From the NCBI GenBank assembly GCA_048882505.1, contig JBHLRO010000009.1, forward strand, positions 90,001-122,000: a stretch of DNA of 32,000 nt, written 5' to 3'. The stretch is from Candidatus Thorarchaeota archaeon (GTDB lineage Archaea > Asgardarchaeota > Heimdallarchaeia > Hodarchaeales > Hodarchaeaceae). Both the position numbers and the translations under genes were made by a program. Of the stretch, positions 7,359 through 15,972 are shown in pieces. The notes beneath the pieces were generated by a model that saw only the letters and a list, made by a program, of their open reading frames with translations, searched no databases and had not been told where the DNA came from. How positions within the stretch are numbered: position 1 is the stretch's first letter; every line of letters begins with the position of its first letter.

Positions 7359-9580
7359 AGGATGACACCTCCTGCACTCAGGAACAAGTTCACAATAGCT
7401 CCAACAAGAATAGCAAAGGGAATTATAAATAATACCATAATTAGCGCCGTTTTCATTCCATGCTCTTTAGCTATAACGAAGAAATTTGCAATACATGGAA
7501 CGAAAAGCGTGAGTACAATTGTACCCACGACAATCTGATTGGTTCCGATGAGGCCTTGGGTTGCCATGTCATAAAAACCAGCAGCTCCATAATCTCTTCG
7601 TAGAAAACCTAAGATGTACATTACAGTTGCTTGAGGAGGTAAACCCAGTAATGTCACAACAACGGGTTTAGAAAGTTCTAGAATGACATCCAAGAATTTG
7701 GGTTCCAATAAAAAGCCAATATTGGGAAACAAGATAATAAAGTATGTGGTGATTTGGTTCGGAATTTGAGAGAGGTAGAAGGAAAGAAACAGCAGGGGCA
7801 GAAGAAAATATGATGTGATTTTGGAAGAAAAGATTGGACTTTTATCTAACTTCCGAATTGGGACGGTTCTCCATAGCATTATGAAAATGACGAAGAGAAT
7901 TGAGTATTGAAGGAGTTCCAAGACATTAAAATTGGCCAAAAAAGAGATGAACAACGTTCCAATTATGAACAAAGGGATTGCTTCTTTCAGGAACCATTCA
8001 ACCCGTCCCCAGGTTTTTAATATGATGTTCTTGGTTGGAAAACGTAAGGGAGGAAGTTCCATAATAAAATCCGATTTCTCTCCAGGAAGCAGCTTGCTGA
8101 CTAAAAAGGTTACAAGCATCAATTGACTGAAGACAACGCCAAAAACAGTCATCATTCCGATGGGCGAAATATACGTCATGATGCCAAAAATAACAGCAAG
8201 TTGGGCAGAGCAGGGTATCCCCAGAGCAATAGCTAATGTAGCAATTATGCGTTCTTTTCGAGTTTCCAGGATTCGTGTTGTCATCGTCGCCATTGTCCCG
8301 CATCCTGTGCCAAGAACAATTGGCAGAACTGCTTTTCCATTCAGACCAACCTTGCGAAAGAGACGATCTGCCAAAAAAGCCAATCTTGGGAGATATCCTG
8401 AGTCTTCAAGAATAGCAAATGCAATGAAAAAACTTGTGACGACTGGGAAAACTATCGCGATGGCGTAGGTTAACCCGAATGTAATTATTCCGTACTCTCC
8501 TACCAAAAATTTCTGAAGAATTGGAATAGGAATCCCTGTCTCTACTAATTCCACTAAAAAGGGATTGATCAGTTCGCCAAATATCCTCCTCTCAATTAAA
8601 TCAACCAATTCTCCCGCTCCTATAATTCCTACAAAAAAAAACATAGCCAGAATTGTAAGGAAGAAAATCGGAACACCAGTCACAGGATTCAGAGTAAGTT
8701 CATCAAGGGCTTTTCTAAAGGATCTTTCCTTGACCGGAACAATGCTTTGGCACTCAACAATGATCGTGGACACCGTTAAATCTTGCTGTTTTTTCATAGA
8801 TACATAAAAAGGAATCAGCCCATCTCCCTGTAAACCCTCCATAGCCGCTCTGAGTTGTAGTGATAAAGATGAATCAGAAAAATCCTTAGTTAGATCAAGG
8901 ATTTCCCTTTCTCCTTGTAGAAATAATTCAGCGCTAGCCCGCGGATCCAAATAATTTGGAAACTCTTCTGCTCCGCTAAGAATTGATTGGATTTCGGAGA
9001 TTGCCTCTGATATTTTGGGGGAATATTCAACGAAAAACATTCCTTGTTCGGTTCTAGGTTTCCTATCGCTAATTTCCTTCACTAATTCAAGAGTTCCCTG
9101 ATTTTTTGTGGCAACGGTGGGGATCACAGGGACACCAAGCCATCTGCTTAACTTTCGGATATTGATCTGTATTCCCAGATTTTCCGCTTCATCTTTCATA
9201 TTCAATACTAGAATAATGGGGGTTTTTGGCAGCAGTACCAATAACTGACGAGTCAGGAAAAGCGTTCTCCGCAGGTTTTTCATATCCCCTACCTGTACAA
9301 TTACGTCAGCTGGACCCTCTATCAATATTTTTTTTGTGATACGTTCATCCTCGGATCCAGGGATAAGGCTATTTGTACCTGGAGTATCGATTACAAGGTT
9401 GTTTGTGCCAATCATTTTACCCGTGGAAACCTCAACCGTGGTACCAGGATAATTTGAAACAGTAACGTACTTTCCAGTTAAATTACGAAAAAGAACCGAT
9501 TTCCCAACGTTTGGATTACCAACAAGAACAACAGCATTCTTATGGCGTGAATGCTCGGGATGTACTTGGTGATCGTGCAC
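7355..9580 (-). CDS. feoB: Ferrous iron transport protein B
   Basis: G1 GNPNVGKS, G2 NYPGTTV, G3 DTPG and G4 NMKD motifs. Membrane domain contains LEDSGYLPRLAF, GTGCGTMA, IPCSAQ, FIMELP, GFLRRDYGAAG and LFVPCIA. GTG start. Confidence 0.95.
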   Translation of the reverse strand: MHDHQVHPEHSRHKNAVVLVGNPNVGKSVLFRNLTGKYVTVSNYPGTTVEVSTGKMIGTNNLVIDTPGTNSLIPGSEDERITKKILIEGPADVIVQVGDMKNLRRTLFLTRQLLVLLPKTPIILVLNMKDEAENLGIQINIRKLSRWLGVPVIPTVATKNQGTLELVKEISDRKPRTEQGMFFVEYSPKISEAISEIQSILSGAEEFPNYLDPRASAELFLQGEREILDLTKDFSDSSLSLQLRAAMEGLQGDGLIPFYVSMKKQQDLTVSTIIVECQSIVPVKERSFRKALDELTLNPVTGVPIFFLTILAMFFFVGIIGAGELVDLIERRIFGELINPFLVELVETGIPIPILQKFLVGEYGIITFGLTYAIAIVFPVVTSFFIAFAILEDSGYLPRLAFLADRLFRKVGLNGKAVLPIVLGTGCGTMATMTTRILETRKERIIATLAIALGIPCSAQLAVIFGIMTYISPIGMMTVFGVVFSQLMLVTFLVSKLLPGEKSDFIMELPPLRFPTKNIILKTWGRVEWFLKEAIPLFIIGTLFISFLANFNVLELLQYSILFVIFIMLWRTVPIRKLDKSPIFSSKITSYFLLPLLFLSFYLSQIPNQITTYFIILFPNIGFLLEPKFLDVILELSKPVVVTLLGLPPQATVMYILGFLRRDYGAAGFYDMATQGLIGTNQIVVGTIVLTLFVPCIANFFVIAKEHGMKTALIMVLFIIPFAILVGAIVNLFLSAGGVIL

Positions 9581-9643
9581 CAGAACCTTCTCTTTTAGTG
9601 TTTACATTAGATGCTTCTGTCCTGTCCTATAGCTTTCGAATAT

Positions 9644-9671
9644 AAAAAAGTTCACACGAGGGAACTTTTTT
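9644..9671. promoter_or_regulatory. Perfect 10-bp inverted repeat abutting the putative feoB TATA box (operator or terminator hairpin)
   Basis: AAAAAAGTTC-acacgagg-GAACTTTTTT. On the minus strand it runs into TTTATATT about 60 nt upstream of feoB. Confidence 0.45.
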
Positions 9672-9856
9672 TCCTTTGGCGGTGAAACGGTGCAAATCTT
9701 GATTGAGGGCAAGGTAAAAGGATGAAAATTATTGACCGCATATTTTCATTAAACAGTCTGATGCAGAGCGAAAACTACTGGAACAGCGGTACCGTGGAAA
9801 AAAAGAGTTCTGATACACAACCGAGTTCATTAGAAGAGTTAATGTGAAACCTATAA

Positions 9857-10582
9857 TCAAATCAATCCAAAACCCGCGAGTACTTCCAGAAGAGCATTCC
9901 AAGTCTCAACTAGCATCAGACCAGCGAAATAGAGAAGAATCAGAGCTGTTCCTTTCGTGATCCATTGAAACAACCTGGGATTAGGCAAACGACCAACTAT
10001 TGACAACAGAGTAGGGAAGAGGAGTACCCACGCCATGATACCCGATAGGAACATTATTACTACAAGGACACGAACAGCCAAATCAGCGGTCATCGCCAAG
10101 TCACTAAACAATATAAGTGTACCAACACTTATCCACCAACCATAGGTCAAGGGGGAAGTAACAACCAATGAAAATCCAGTTAAATATTGGTGAGCAAACT
10201 TTCGTTTCCACATAGGTCTTGTTCCCTGTTGGTCCGGGATTTCTTCATAGCTCGATAATTGAGGGGGTTCACTCACCAAAGCGGAAAACCCCAAATATCC
10301 TAATATCAAGACATTCAATGTGAATAATCCTAATCGAATCAATGGGTTTGAAAAGAGATTTATGAGAATTTCTCCTCCTATGGTTAAGGCGCTGAAAGCT
10401 ATTAAAAAATCGCCAGTCATAGCCCCAATTCCAGTAAGAACAGCTGCGATCCATTTAATATTTTCCGATATTGATCTATCTAGAATGGTTTTAATCATTT
10501 CAACATTTACTGGCCCTAGGGGTACGGCGAGGGTAAATCCTAGGGCTGCCACAATGACCCAAGTTTCAAAAATGCTTACCAA
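9857..10582 (-). CDS. LysE/ArgO-family amino acid exporter
   Basis: LGFTLAVPLGPVN, GIGAMTGD and GF..V.TSP.TYGWW motifs with about 6 TM segments. TTG start follows GGGTGG. Confidence 0.85.
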   Translation of the reverse strand: MVSIFETWVIVAALGFTLAVPLGPVNVEMIKTILDRSISENIKWIAAVLTGIGAMTGDFLIAFSALTIGGEILINLFSNPLIRLGLFTLNVLILGYLGFSALVSEPPQLSSYEEIPDQQGTRPMWKRKFAHQYLTGFSLVVTSPLTYGWWISVGTLILFSDLAMTADLAVRVLVVIMFLSGIMAWVLLFPTLLSIVGRLPNPRLFQWITKGTALILLYFAGLMLVETWNALLEVLAGFGLI

Positions 10583-10703
10583 AACGGTAAACCACCCGGA
10601 AATGGTCTAAAGAACGTCAAAAACGGGGAGAACGGAAATTCATTTTTAGTTATGCATGCTGACGTTCATTGCTCTCCTAGGAAATATATTTGGTTGATCT
10701 AAG

Positions 10704-11558
10704 ATGGATATATGCCTAATTGCGGTCCCATATCACCTGGGCCAAGAAAAACAGGGAATGGGATTGGGTCCACTGAAATATCTAGAAGCGGGTATTGAAC
10801 AAGAGCTTTCAACGAATGTGCGTAAAACCTCTGTCGAAATTGTTCACATTTCAGAGCTTGGAGGAGATGAAAAAAGCCGTATTATTCAAGTTAACCAGGA
10901 TCTACGTAGAAGAGTTGCCCGTGCAAGGAGCGAAAATCGGTTCCCATTAATTTTAGGTGGAAACTGTAATACATGTTTTGGAACCTTGGCGGGTCTCAAC
11001 AATCAGGATGTGGGTATAGTGTATTTAGATGCCCATGGAGATTACAACACTCCAGAAACTACCTTGACTGGATTTTTCGATGGAATGCCATTGGCAGTCG
11101 CTACTGGTCAATGTCATAGAGATCTTTGGGATCAAATTGCAGATATGGACCCAATCGCAGAATCACAAACCGTTCATTTGGGGGGACGTGACTTCGATGC
11201 TCCAGAAAAAAAGCTCTTGGATACTTCAGCTGTCATGGTTGTAAATACCGCAGACATAAAGGATAAAGGGATTGAAAACGCGTTACTACCTGTTTTAAAA
11301 AAACTGCAAGAAAGAGTTTCAGAGATATACTTGCACATTGACATTGATGTCATTGATCCAACAGAAGTTCCAGGAGTCGATTACCGAACTCCAAATGGCC
11401 TTTCGAGCAATGATGTTCACCAAATTATCCAAATTCTGAACAATCGCTTTTCGATAAGTGCAGCAGCGCTAACTGCCTATAATCCGGAAAAAGATATCGG
11501 AGAAGCCACAGTAACCGTTGGAAAACAGTTAATTCATAAAATTGCTAAACTAAGGTAG
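10704..11558 (+). CDS. Arginase/ureohydrolase-family metallohydrolase with an atypical active site
   Basis: GP motif, GGNC, YLDAHGDYNTPET, DGMPLA, HIDIDVIDP and PG...PNGL motifs. Confidence 0.85.
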   Translation: MDICLIAVPYHLGQEKQGMGLGPLKYLEAGIEQELSTNVRKTSVEIVHISELGGDEKSRIIQVNQDLRRRVARARSENRFPLILGGNCNTCFGTLAGLNNQDVGIVYLDAHGDYNTPETTLTGFFDGMPLAVATGQCHRDLWDQIADMDPIAESQTVHLGGRDFDAPEKKLLDTSAVMVVNTADIKDKGIENALLPVLKKLQERVSEIYLHIDIDVIDPTEVPGVDYRTPNGLSSNDVHQIIQILNNRFSISAAALTAYNPEKDIGEATVTVGKQLIHKIAKLR

Positions 11559-11570
11559 CTGGTGAAATAA

Positions 11571-12503
11571 TTGGGAACAGAAGAGTTCGGTTCGAGTTGT
11601 GAATATCTTCCATTACGGAAAGTTATGATGTTTCGCCCCGGAGAAGAAGTTAAACAAATAACAGTGGATACTTACAGAGAATTTTCCTTTCGAGACGTAG
11701 TTTACTGGAAACGTTTCCAAGAAGAACACGATTCCTATTGCGATGTCCTCAGAGGGGAAAACGTTGAGGTCATTTATCTAAATGATCACTTGACCGATTC
11801 TGAATACCAGGTGGTAGATCCCAATCTTGTCTATATGAAAGATACATGTACCATCACAGCCGCAGGATTTATCCAAATGCGGATGGCCAAGCAAGTCCGG
11901 ACGCGAGAACCTGAACTGGTGGCACTAGCACTCGAAAGACTTGGGGTACCACTGTTCCACAGAGCTCAGGCTCCAGGATTACTAGAGGGAGGAGACTTTG
12001 TATTCCCTGATCAAGACACGGTCTTCATCGGGTATAATCCTCGCTCTAACGAAGAAGGAGGGATGAAAGTGGGTCGCGATCTTCTGGATAAACAGATAAT
12101 GAATACTGTGGTTCTAGTTCCCCTCCCTTCGTGGAGGGTTCATCTTGATGGCGGGCTTATGTTTGTTAATGAAAATTTAATTCTCGTTTATCCTCCAGCA
12201 GTGCAAACGTTTCCAGCTCGTGTTATGCGTAAGAACGAGCCCCCGTTCCTGATCCCTTTAACGGATTTTATTAAAGAAGAATATAATCCTGACAAAATTA
12301 TTGTCTCAGACAATGAGGTTTACGGTTTCGGGGCAAACGTAGTATGTCTTAACAGCAGGAAATGTGTTATCTATGAGTGGAATGAAAGAATAATCTTAGA
12401 GATGGGGGAAAGAGGGGTAGAGGCTCTGACAATCCCTGGTAGTGAACTGGCCCGAGGCGGAGGAGGGCCCCATTGTATGACGCTCCCCCTTCTCCGCAAA
12501 TAA
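11571..12503 (+). CDS. Amidinotransferase-fold enzyme (arginine deiminase/DDAH-like)
   Basis: EYLPLRKV, PNLVYMKD, LEGGD, HLD and ELARGGGGPHCMTLPL (catalytic Cys) motifs. TTG start lies 5 nt after GGTGA. Confidence 0.88.
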   Translation: MGTEEFGSSCEYLPLRKVMMFRPGEEVKQITVDTYREFSFRDVVYWKRFQEEHDSYCDVLRGENVEVIYLNDHLTDSEYQVVDPNLVYMKDTCTITAAGFIQMRMAKQVRTREPELVALALERLGVPLFHRAQAPGLLEGGDFVFPDQDTVFIGYNPRSNEEGGMKVGRDLLDKQIMNTVVLVPLPSWRVHLDGGLMFVNENLILVYPPAVQTFPARVMRKNEPPFLIPLTDFIKEEYNPDKIIVSDNEVYGFGANVVCLNSRKCVIYEWNERIILEMGERGVEALTIPGSELARGGGGPHCMTLPLLRK

Positions 12504-12510
12504 CACATTA

Positions 12511-13296
12511 ATGGAACGAACTTTAATGACTGATAAATTAACGGTATGTCTGACATTTGACTTTGACGCTGAAAGCGTTCAAATACGACAGCTAGAAGAG
12601 CCTGCTCGTGTTTCGAAAGGAAAATTCGCCGTTAAGAGAGGTGTACCACGGATTCTTTCTCTTTTAAAGCAACAGCAAATTCATGGAACCTTTTTTACCT
12701 GTGGCTGGGTTGCAGAGAACTACCCGGATCTTACGCGGCGAATTATCGCAGATGGTCATGAGGTTGCAGCTCATGGGTACCTCCATGAATATTTGGACAC
12801 GTTACCCATTGAAGAAGAGAGAAACGTCCATGAACGGACAGAAAGGGTTTTGGAATCTATCGGGCAACGGGTTAGAGGTTTCCGAGCTCCCTATTGGAAG
12901 TTATCCCCCAACACTTTAAGCCTTTTAGCTGAACGAAACTACCTTTATGATTCCAGTCTGTTTGATGATGACCGTCCATATCCCTTTCAACCCTCGAATT
13001 CATCAAAAACTCTGATAGAATTCCCCGTAGAATGGTTTATGGATGATTGGATCTTATTTGAAGAGAAACAATCTTCTCCCGCGCAAGCGTTCGATATCTG
13101 GAAGTCTCAGATTGACGCTTATGTAGCAATGACCGATATCAAGGACAATCACCGAGTTCTGACTCTTACCTGCCATCCCGCCTGTATCGGACATGCGTAT
13201 CGAATAAGAATTCTAGAAAAAACCATTGAGCATTTGAAGAAATACGACGTTCTTTTCGAAAGAATGGACAAAGTCGCAGAGATTCTAAAGGGGTAG
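12511..13296 (+). CDS. NodB/CE4 polysaccharide-deacetylase-family hydrolase (PuuE/PgdA-like)
   Basis: TFDFD, TFF..GW.AE.YP, HEVAAHGYLHE, GFRAP, YDSS and HP motifs. Confidence 0.88.
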   Translation: MERTLMTDKLTVCLTFDFDAESVQIRQLEEPARVSKGKFAVKRGVPRILSLLKQQQIHGTFFTCGWVAENYPDLTRRIIADGHEVAAHGYLHEYLDTLPIEEERNVHERTERVLESIGQRVRGFRAPYWKLSPNTLSLLAERNYLYDSSLFDDDRPYPFQPSNSSKTLIEFPVEWFMDDWILFEEKQSSPAQAFDIWKSQIDAYVAMTDIKDNHRVLTLTCHPACIGHAYRIRILEKTIEHLKKYDVLFERMDKVAEILKG

Positions 13297-13304
13297 GCCC
13301 AAGA

Positions 13305-13931
13305 ATGGAATACCCATATGCTAGTGATATCATGGAGCCATCTCACCGCTCTTCTCATCTCATTAAAGCTCAAGAGTGTTTGGTTCTCATTATAGATGTC
13401 CAGGAACCATTTATGAAAGGTTTAACACCAGAAAATCGTACTAGGTTTTTGAAGAAACACGCTTGGTTAATTCAGCTGTGTAGTGTTCTTGAAATCCCGT
13501 ACATCTTGACCGCGGAGGACATAGCCAAAAATGGCTCAATTCATGACCTCTTAAAAACTCAAGTTCAAAAAGAGACCAAGTCTCTCCCCATCTTCGATAA
13601 ATTCATTTACAGCTGTTGGGGACAAACTGAAATCCGTGAGGCAATTAAATCCATAGGACGATCGGTCGTTGTATTAGCTGGTTTGGAAACGGACGTTTGC
13701 ATCATGCAGAGCGCCTTGGATCTACTGGACCATGGTTATAGAGTAGTAGTATTAGTCGATCTTTGCTATTCCAGGAATGAATTTGAACATTCGATTGGAA
13801 TACGGCGAATGGAATCCCATGGCGTGATTTTTGCAACTCTTAAATCATGGCAAGAAGAGATAACTGGAGGGCTGAAAACCAGAATTAATCATCTGTTGAT
13901 AGAAAAGGGGCTCACTGAGATTCCCCAATGA
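13305..13931 (+). CDS. Isochorismatase/cysteine hydrolase family protein (YcaC-like)
   Basis: IIDVQE, DKF..SC and LAGLETDVCIMQSALDLL give an intact Asp-Lys-Cys triad. Confidence 0.88.
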   Translation: MEYPYASDIMEPSHRSSHLIKAQECLVLIIDVQEPFMKGLTPENRTRFLKKHAWLIQLCSVLEIPYILTAEDIAKNGSIHDLLKTQVQKETKSLPIFDKFIYSCWGQTEIREAIKSIGRSVVVLAGLETDVCIMQSALDLLDHGYRVVVLVDLCYSRNEFEHSIGIRRMESHGVIFATLKSWQEEITGGLKTRINHLLIEKGLTEIPQ

Positions 13932-14022
13932 TAGTTCACAAGGTAAACTTTATCAACTGATTAATATGAAAAACAGCTAGTTCGACGCAAGATCCCTCTA
14001 TGAACATTATGAGGCAATAAGT

Positions 14023-14958
14023 ATGCTCCAAAAGAAAGAAGGCGTAAAAATTGATATTCCAGAGGAATGGGGTGGAGTTATCCCGTTGGAAGTGTTTATT
14101 GACGAGGCCAAGAATCTAGTCACAAAAGCTGAAGAATTCGGAGTTTATTTTAGATTGGTCGGGGGCCTTGCTATTCGTCTCCATGTCCAGCCCCATGGCC
14201 TAGAAACCCTTTACAAGAGCCTGAAACGTTTAGGGGATGAGGCAGGGGCTGAAATAACGGACATCGATGGAGGAATTTCCTATAAACATATGAAAAAGAT
14301 GGATAAGTTCATGCAGAAACTAGGTTATGCTAAACGAAAACCCACTTTATCCACAGCCGCTAGCCAACGTCGTATCTATATCCATCCCAAGAATTGGTGG
14401 TTTGTGGATTGCTTCTATGGTAAAATGAAGTTCAACCATGACATAGATCTTGACCATAAACGTCTTGCATTAGACTCGCCAACCTTACCCCTTGCCGAGC
14501 TACTTTTGGGGAAAACCCAAATTGTCCAAATGAATTACAAAGATATCGCAGATACAATAATGTTGCTCATTCCTCATAAGATCGGCTTTGATGACGAGCC
14601 TGAAACGATCAACATTGAACATGTGGGAGAAAAATACCTGCGAAAAGGCGCCTACGCTTGGGGTTTTTATCACACAGTTACAACAAATCTGACAAACATC
14701 AAGAACGTCCTAGATGAATTTAAAGAGCTCTCCGAAGACCAACGAGGAGATGTAGCTGGAAAGATCGATAAGATAAGCGAATACTTTAGGCAGCTCCCAA
14801 AAAATCGCGCCTGGAAGGCACGGGCAAAAATAGGCGCCTCAAAACGGTGGTACCGCCCAGTAGAAACAACTGAAAGTGTGGGTGAATTTAGAATCTTTTC
14901 TGGAAAACATCTAATTGATAGACCCACAACCCTCGAAAATTCTAGTCAAGATAGTTAA
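14023..14958 (+). CDS. Uncharacterised nucleotidyltransferase-fold protein A
   Basis: RLVGGLAIRLH...TDID...VDCF resembles the Pol-beta-superfamily GG/DxD/D signature. LLLGK...KDIAD resembles the AbiEii-type K...KD..D motif. C-terminal WKARAKIG..KRWY.PVE. Confidence 0.65.
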   Translation: MLQKKEGVKIDIPEEWGGVIPLEVFIDEAKNLVTKAEEFGVYFRLVGGLAIRLHVQPHGLETLYKSLKRLGDEAGAEITDIDGGISYKHMKKMDKFMQKLGYAKRKPTLSTAASQRRIYIHPKNWWFVDCFYGKMKFNHDIDLDHKRLALDSPTLPLAELLLGKTQIVQMNYKDIADTIMLLIPHKIGFDDEPETINIEHVGEKYLRKGAYAWGFYHTVTTNLTNIKNVLDEFKELSEDQRGDVAGKIDKISEYFRQLPKNRAWKARAKIGASKRWYRPVETTESVGEFRIFSGKHLIDRPTTLENSSQDS

Positions 14959-15821
14959 CGGGTTCGGGCATCAACACGAACAGGTTTCTCCTTTTTCACC
15001 TTAGATAAAAATCCAAGGGATTCATCTTTCTCTTCTAGAGGTTTCAGGAAATCAATGATCTCAAGGATTTTGGTTTTTCCATTTTGAGTTAATCCTGCGT
15101 GAAGTAAAACCTCGGATAGATTTCTAACCAGTGTTCCTGCAAAATCAAGCTTCCTAGCAGCCACTTTCTCGAAAATATCTTTTCCTATGACATATTGCCC
15201 CGGTTGACCTGGATTGATGCCCTCAAATATTGTATCTGTGGATCCCACTTCACATTGATGCGAATTCACAACTCGGGCAATGTCCTGGATATCTTTCAAG
15301 TCAAAATCATCGGGATGAATAGCGTGGGCTTTGAGGGCGATCTGGAAACCTGGTGGGCAGATCAGACTTTCAAAATAATTAGAGGGTAGATCCTTGATTT
15401 TGAAAGTCCAACACAACCGAATTCCATTAACGAAGAGTTCTATTTTTTGAAATTTGGCGTTTTCAACATTGCTTTTTCGACCATGGAAGACACTATCGAC
15501 TTCGGTTTGCGAGAGCTCACGGTCAGGCCGATAAAACTCTCTCCTTTTGGGGTCATACTGATTTTGCATATTATTGAATGTCTTGTATGGTAGGAACCCC
15601 ATCTCCTCTAGAAGTCCCTGAACCTCATGATCTACCTTTAAAGGGAGAAGAAATTCCATATCACTCATTTTCCGATAATCCATCCTCCCGCCCAAGAAGT
15701 GGTATATCGCGCCGCCGCCCCAAAGAAAACAGGGAATTGAATGTTCTTTACATTGGTTTAGGAATTCATAGCCAAGTTCCATTAGGGCATCGTTGTGAGC
15801 CTGCGCCGAGGATTTTTGCAT
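14955..15821 (-). CDS. Uncharacterised nucleotidyltransferase-fold protein B (paralogue of A)
   Basis: LWGGGAI...SDMEF...IELF and LKAH...LKDIQD motifs. The motif order is the same as in protein A. Confidence 0.6.
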   Translation of the reverse strand: MQKSSAQAHNDALMELGYEFLNQCKEHSIPCFLWGGGAIYHFLGGRMDYRKMSDMEFLLPLKVDHEVQGLLEEMGFLPYKTFNNMQNQYDPKRREFYRPDRELSQTEVDSVFHGRKSNVENAKFQKIELFVNGIRLCWTFKIKDLPSNYFESLICPPGFQIALKAHAIHPDDFDLKDIQDIARVVNSHQCEVGSTDTIFEGINPGQPGQYVIGKDIFEKVAARKLDFAGTLVRNLSEVLLHAGLTQNGKTKILEIIDFLKPLEEKDESLGFLSKVKKEKPVRVDARTR

Positions 15822-15972
15822 AGTTTGACCTTCAGACTATTATTCGAGTTTTTAAAGAATCATTTATACGTCTTTTTTCCTGTTTCTCATGGTATCCAGA
15901 AATTTGTTAAAATCCCATCTCTCAAAATAACTGATTCCACGGGTTATAAAACGGGTGTCAAATCCGAAAGTT

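Noticed and set aside
9722-9847. 41-aa plus-strand ORF divergent from feoB
   Set aside because: Weak SD, no recognisable motif and composition like intergenic DNA.
14023-15821. Classical AbiE type IV toxin-antitoxin or CBASS-like defence reading of the NTase pair
   Set aside because: No HTH antitoxin or effector gene is adjacent, the genes are convergent rather than a bicistron, and the context is metabolic. It is not fully excluded.
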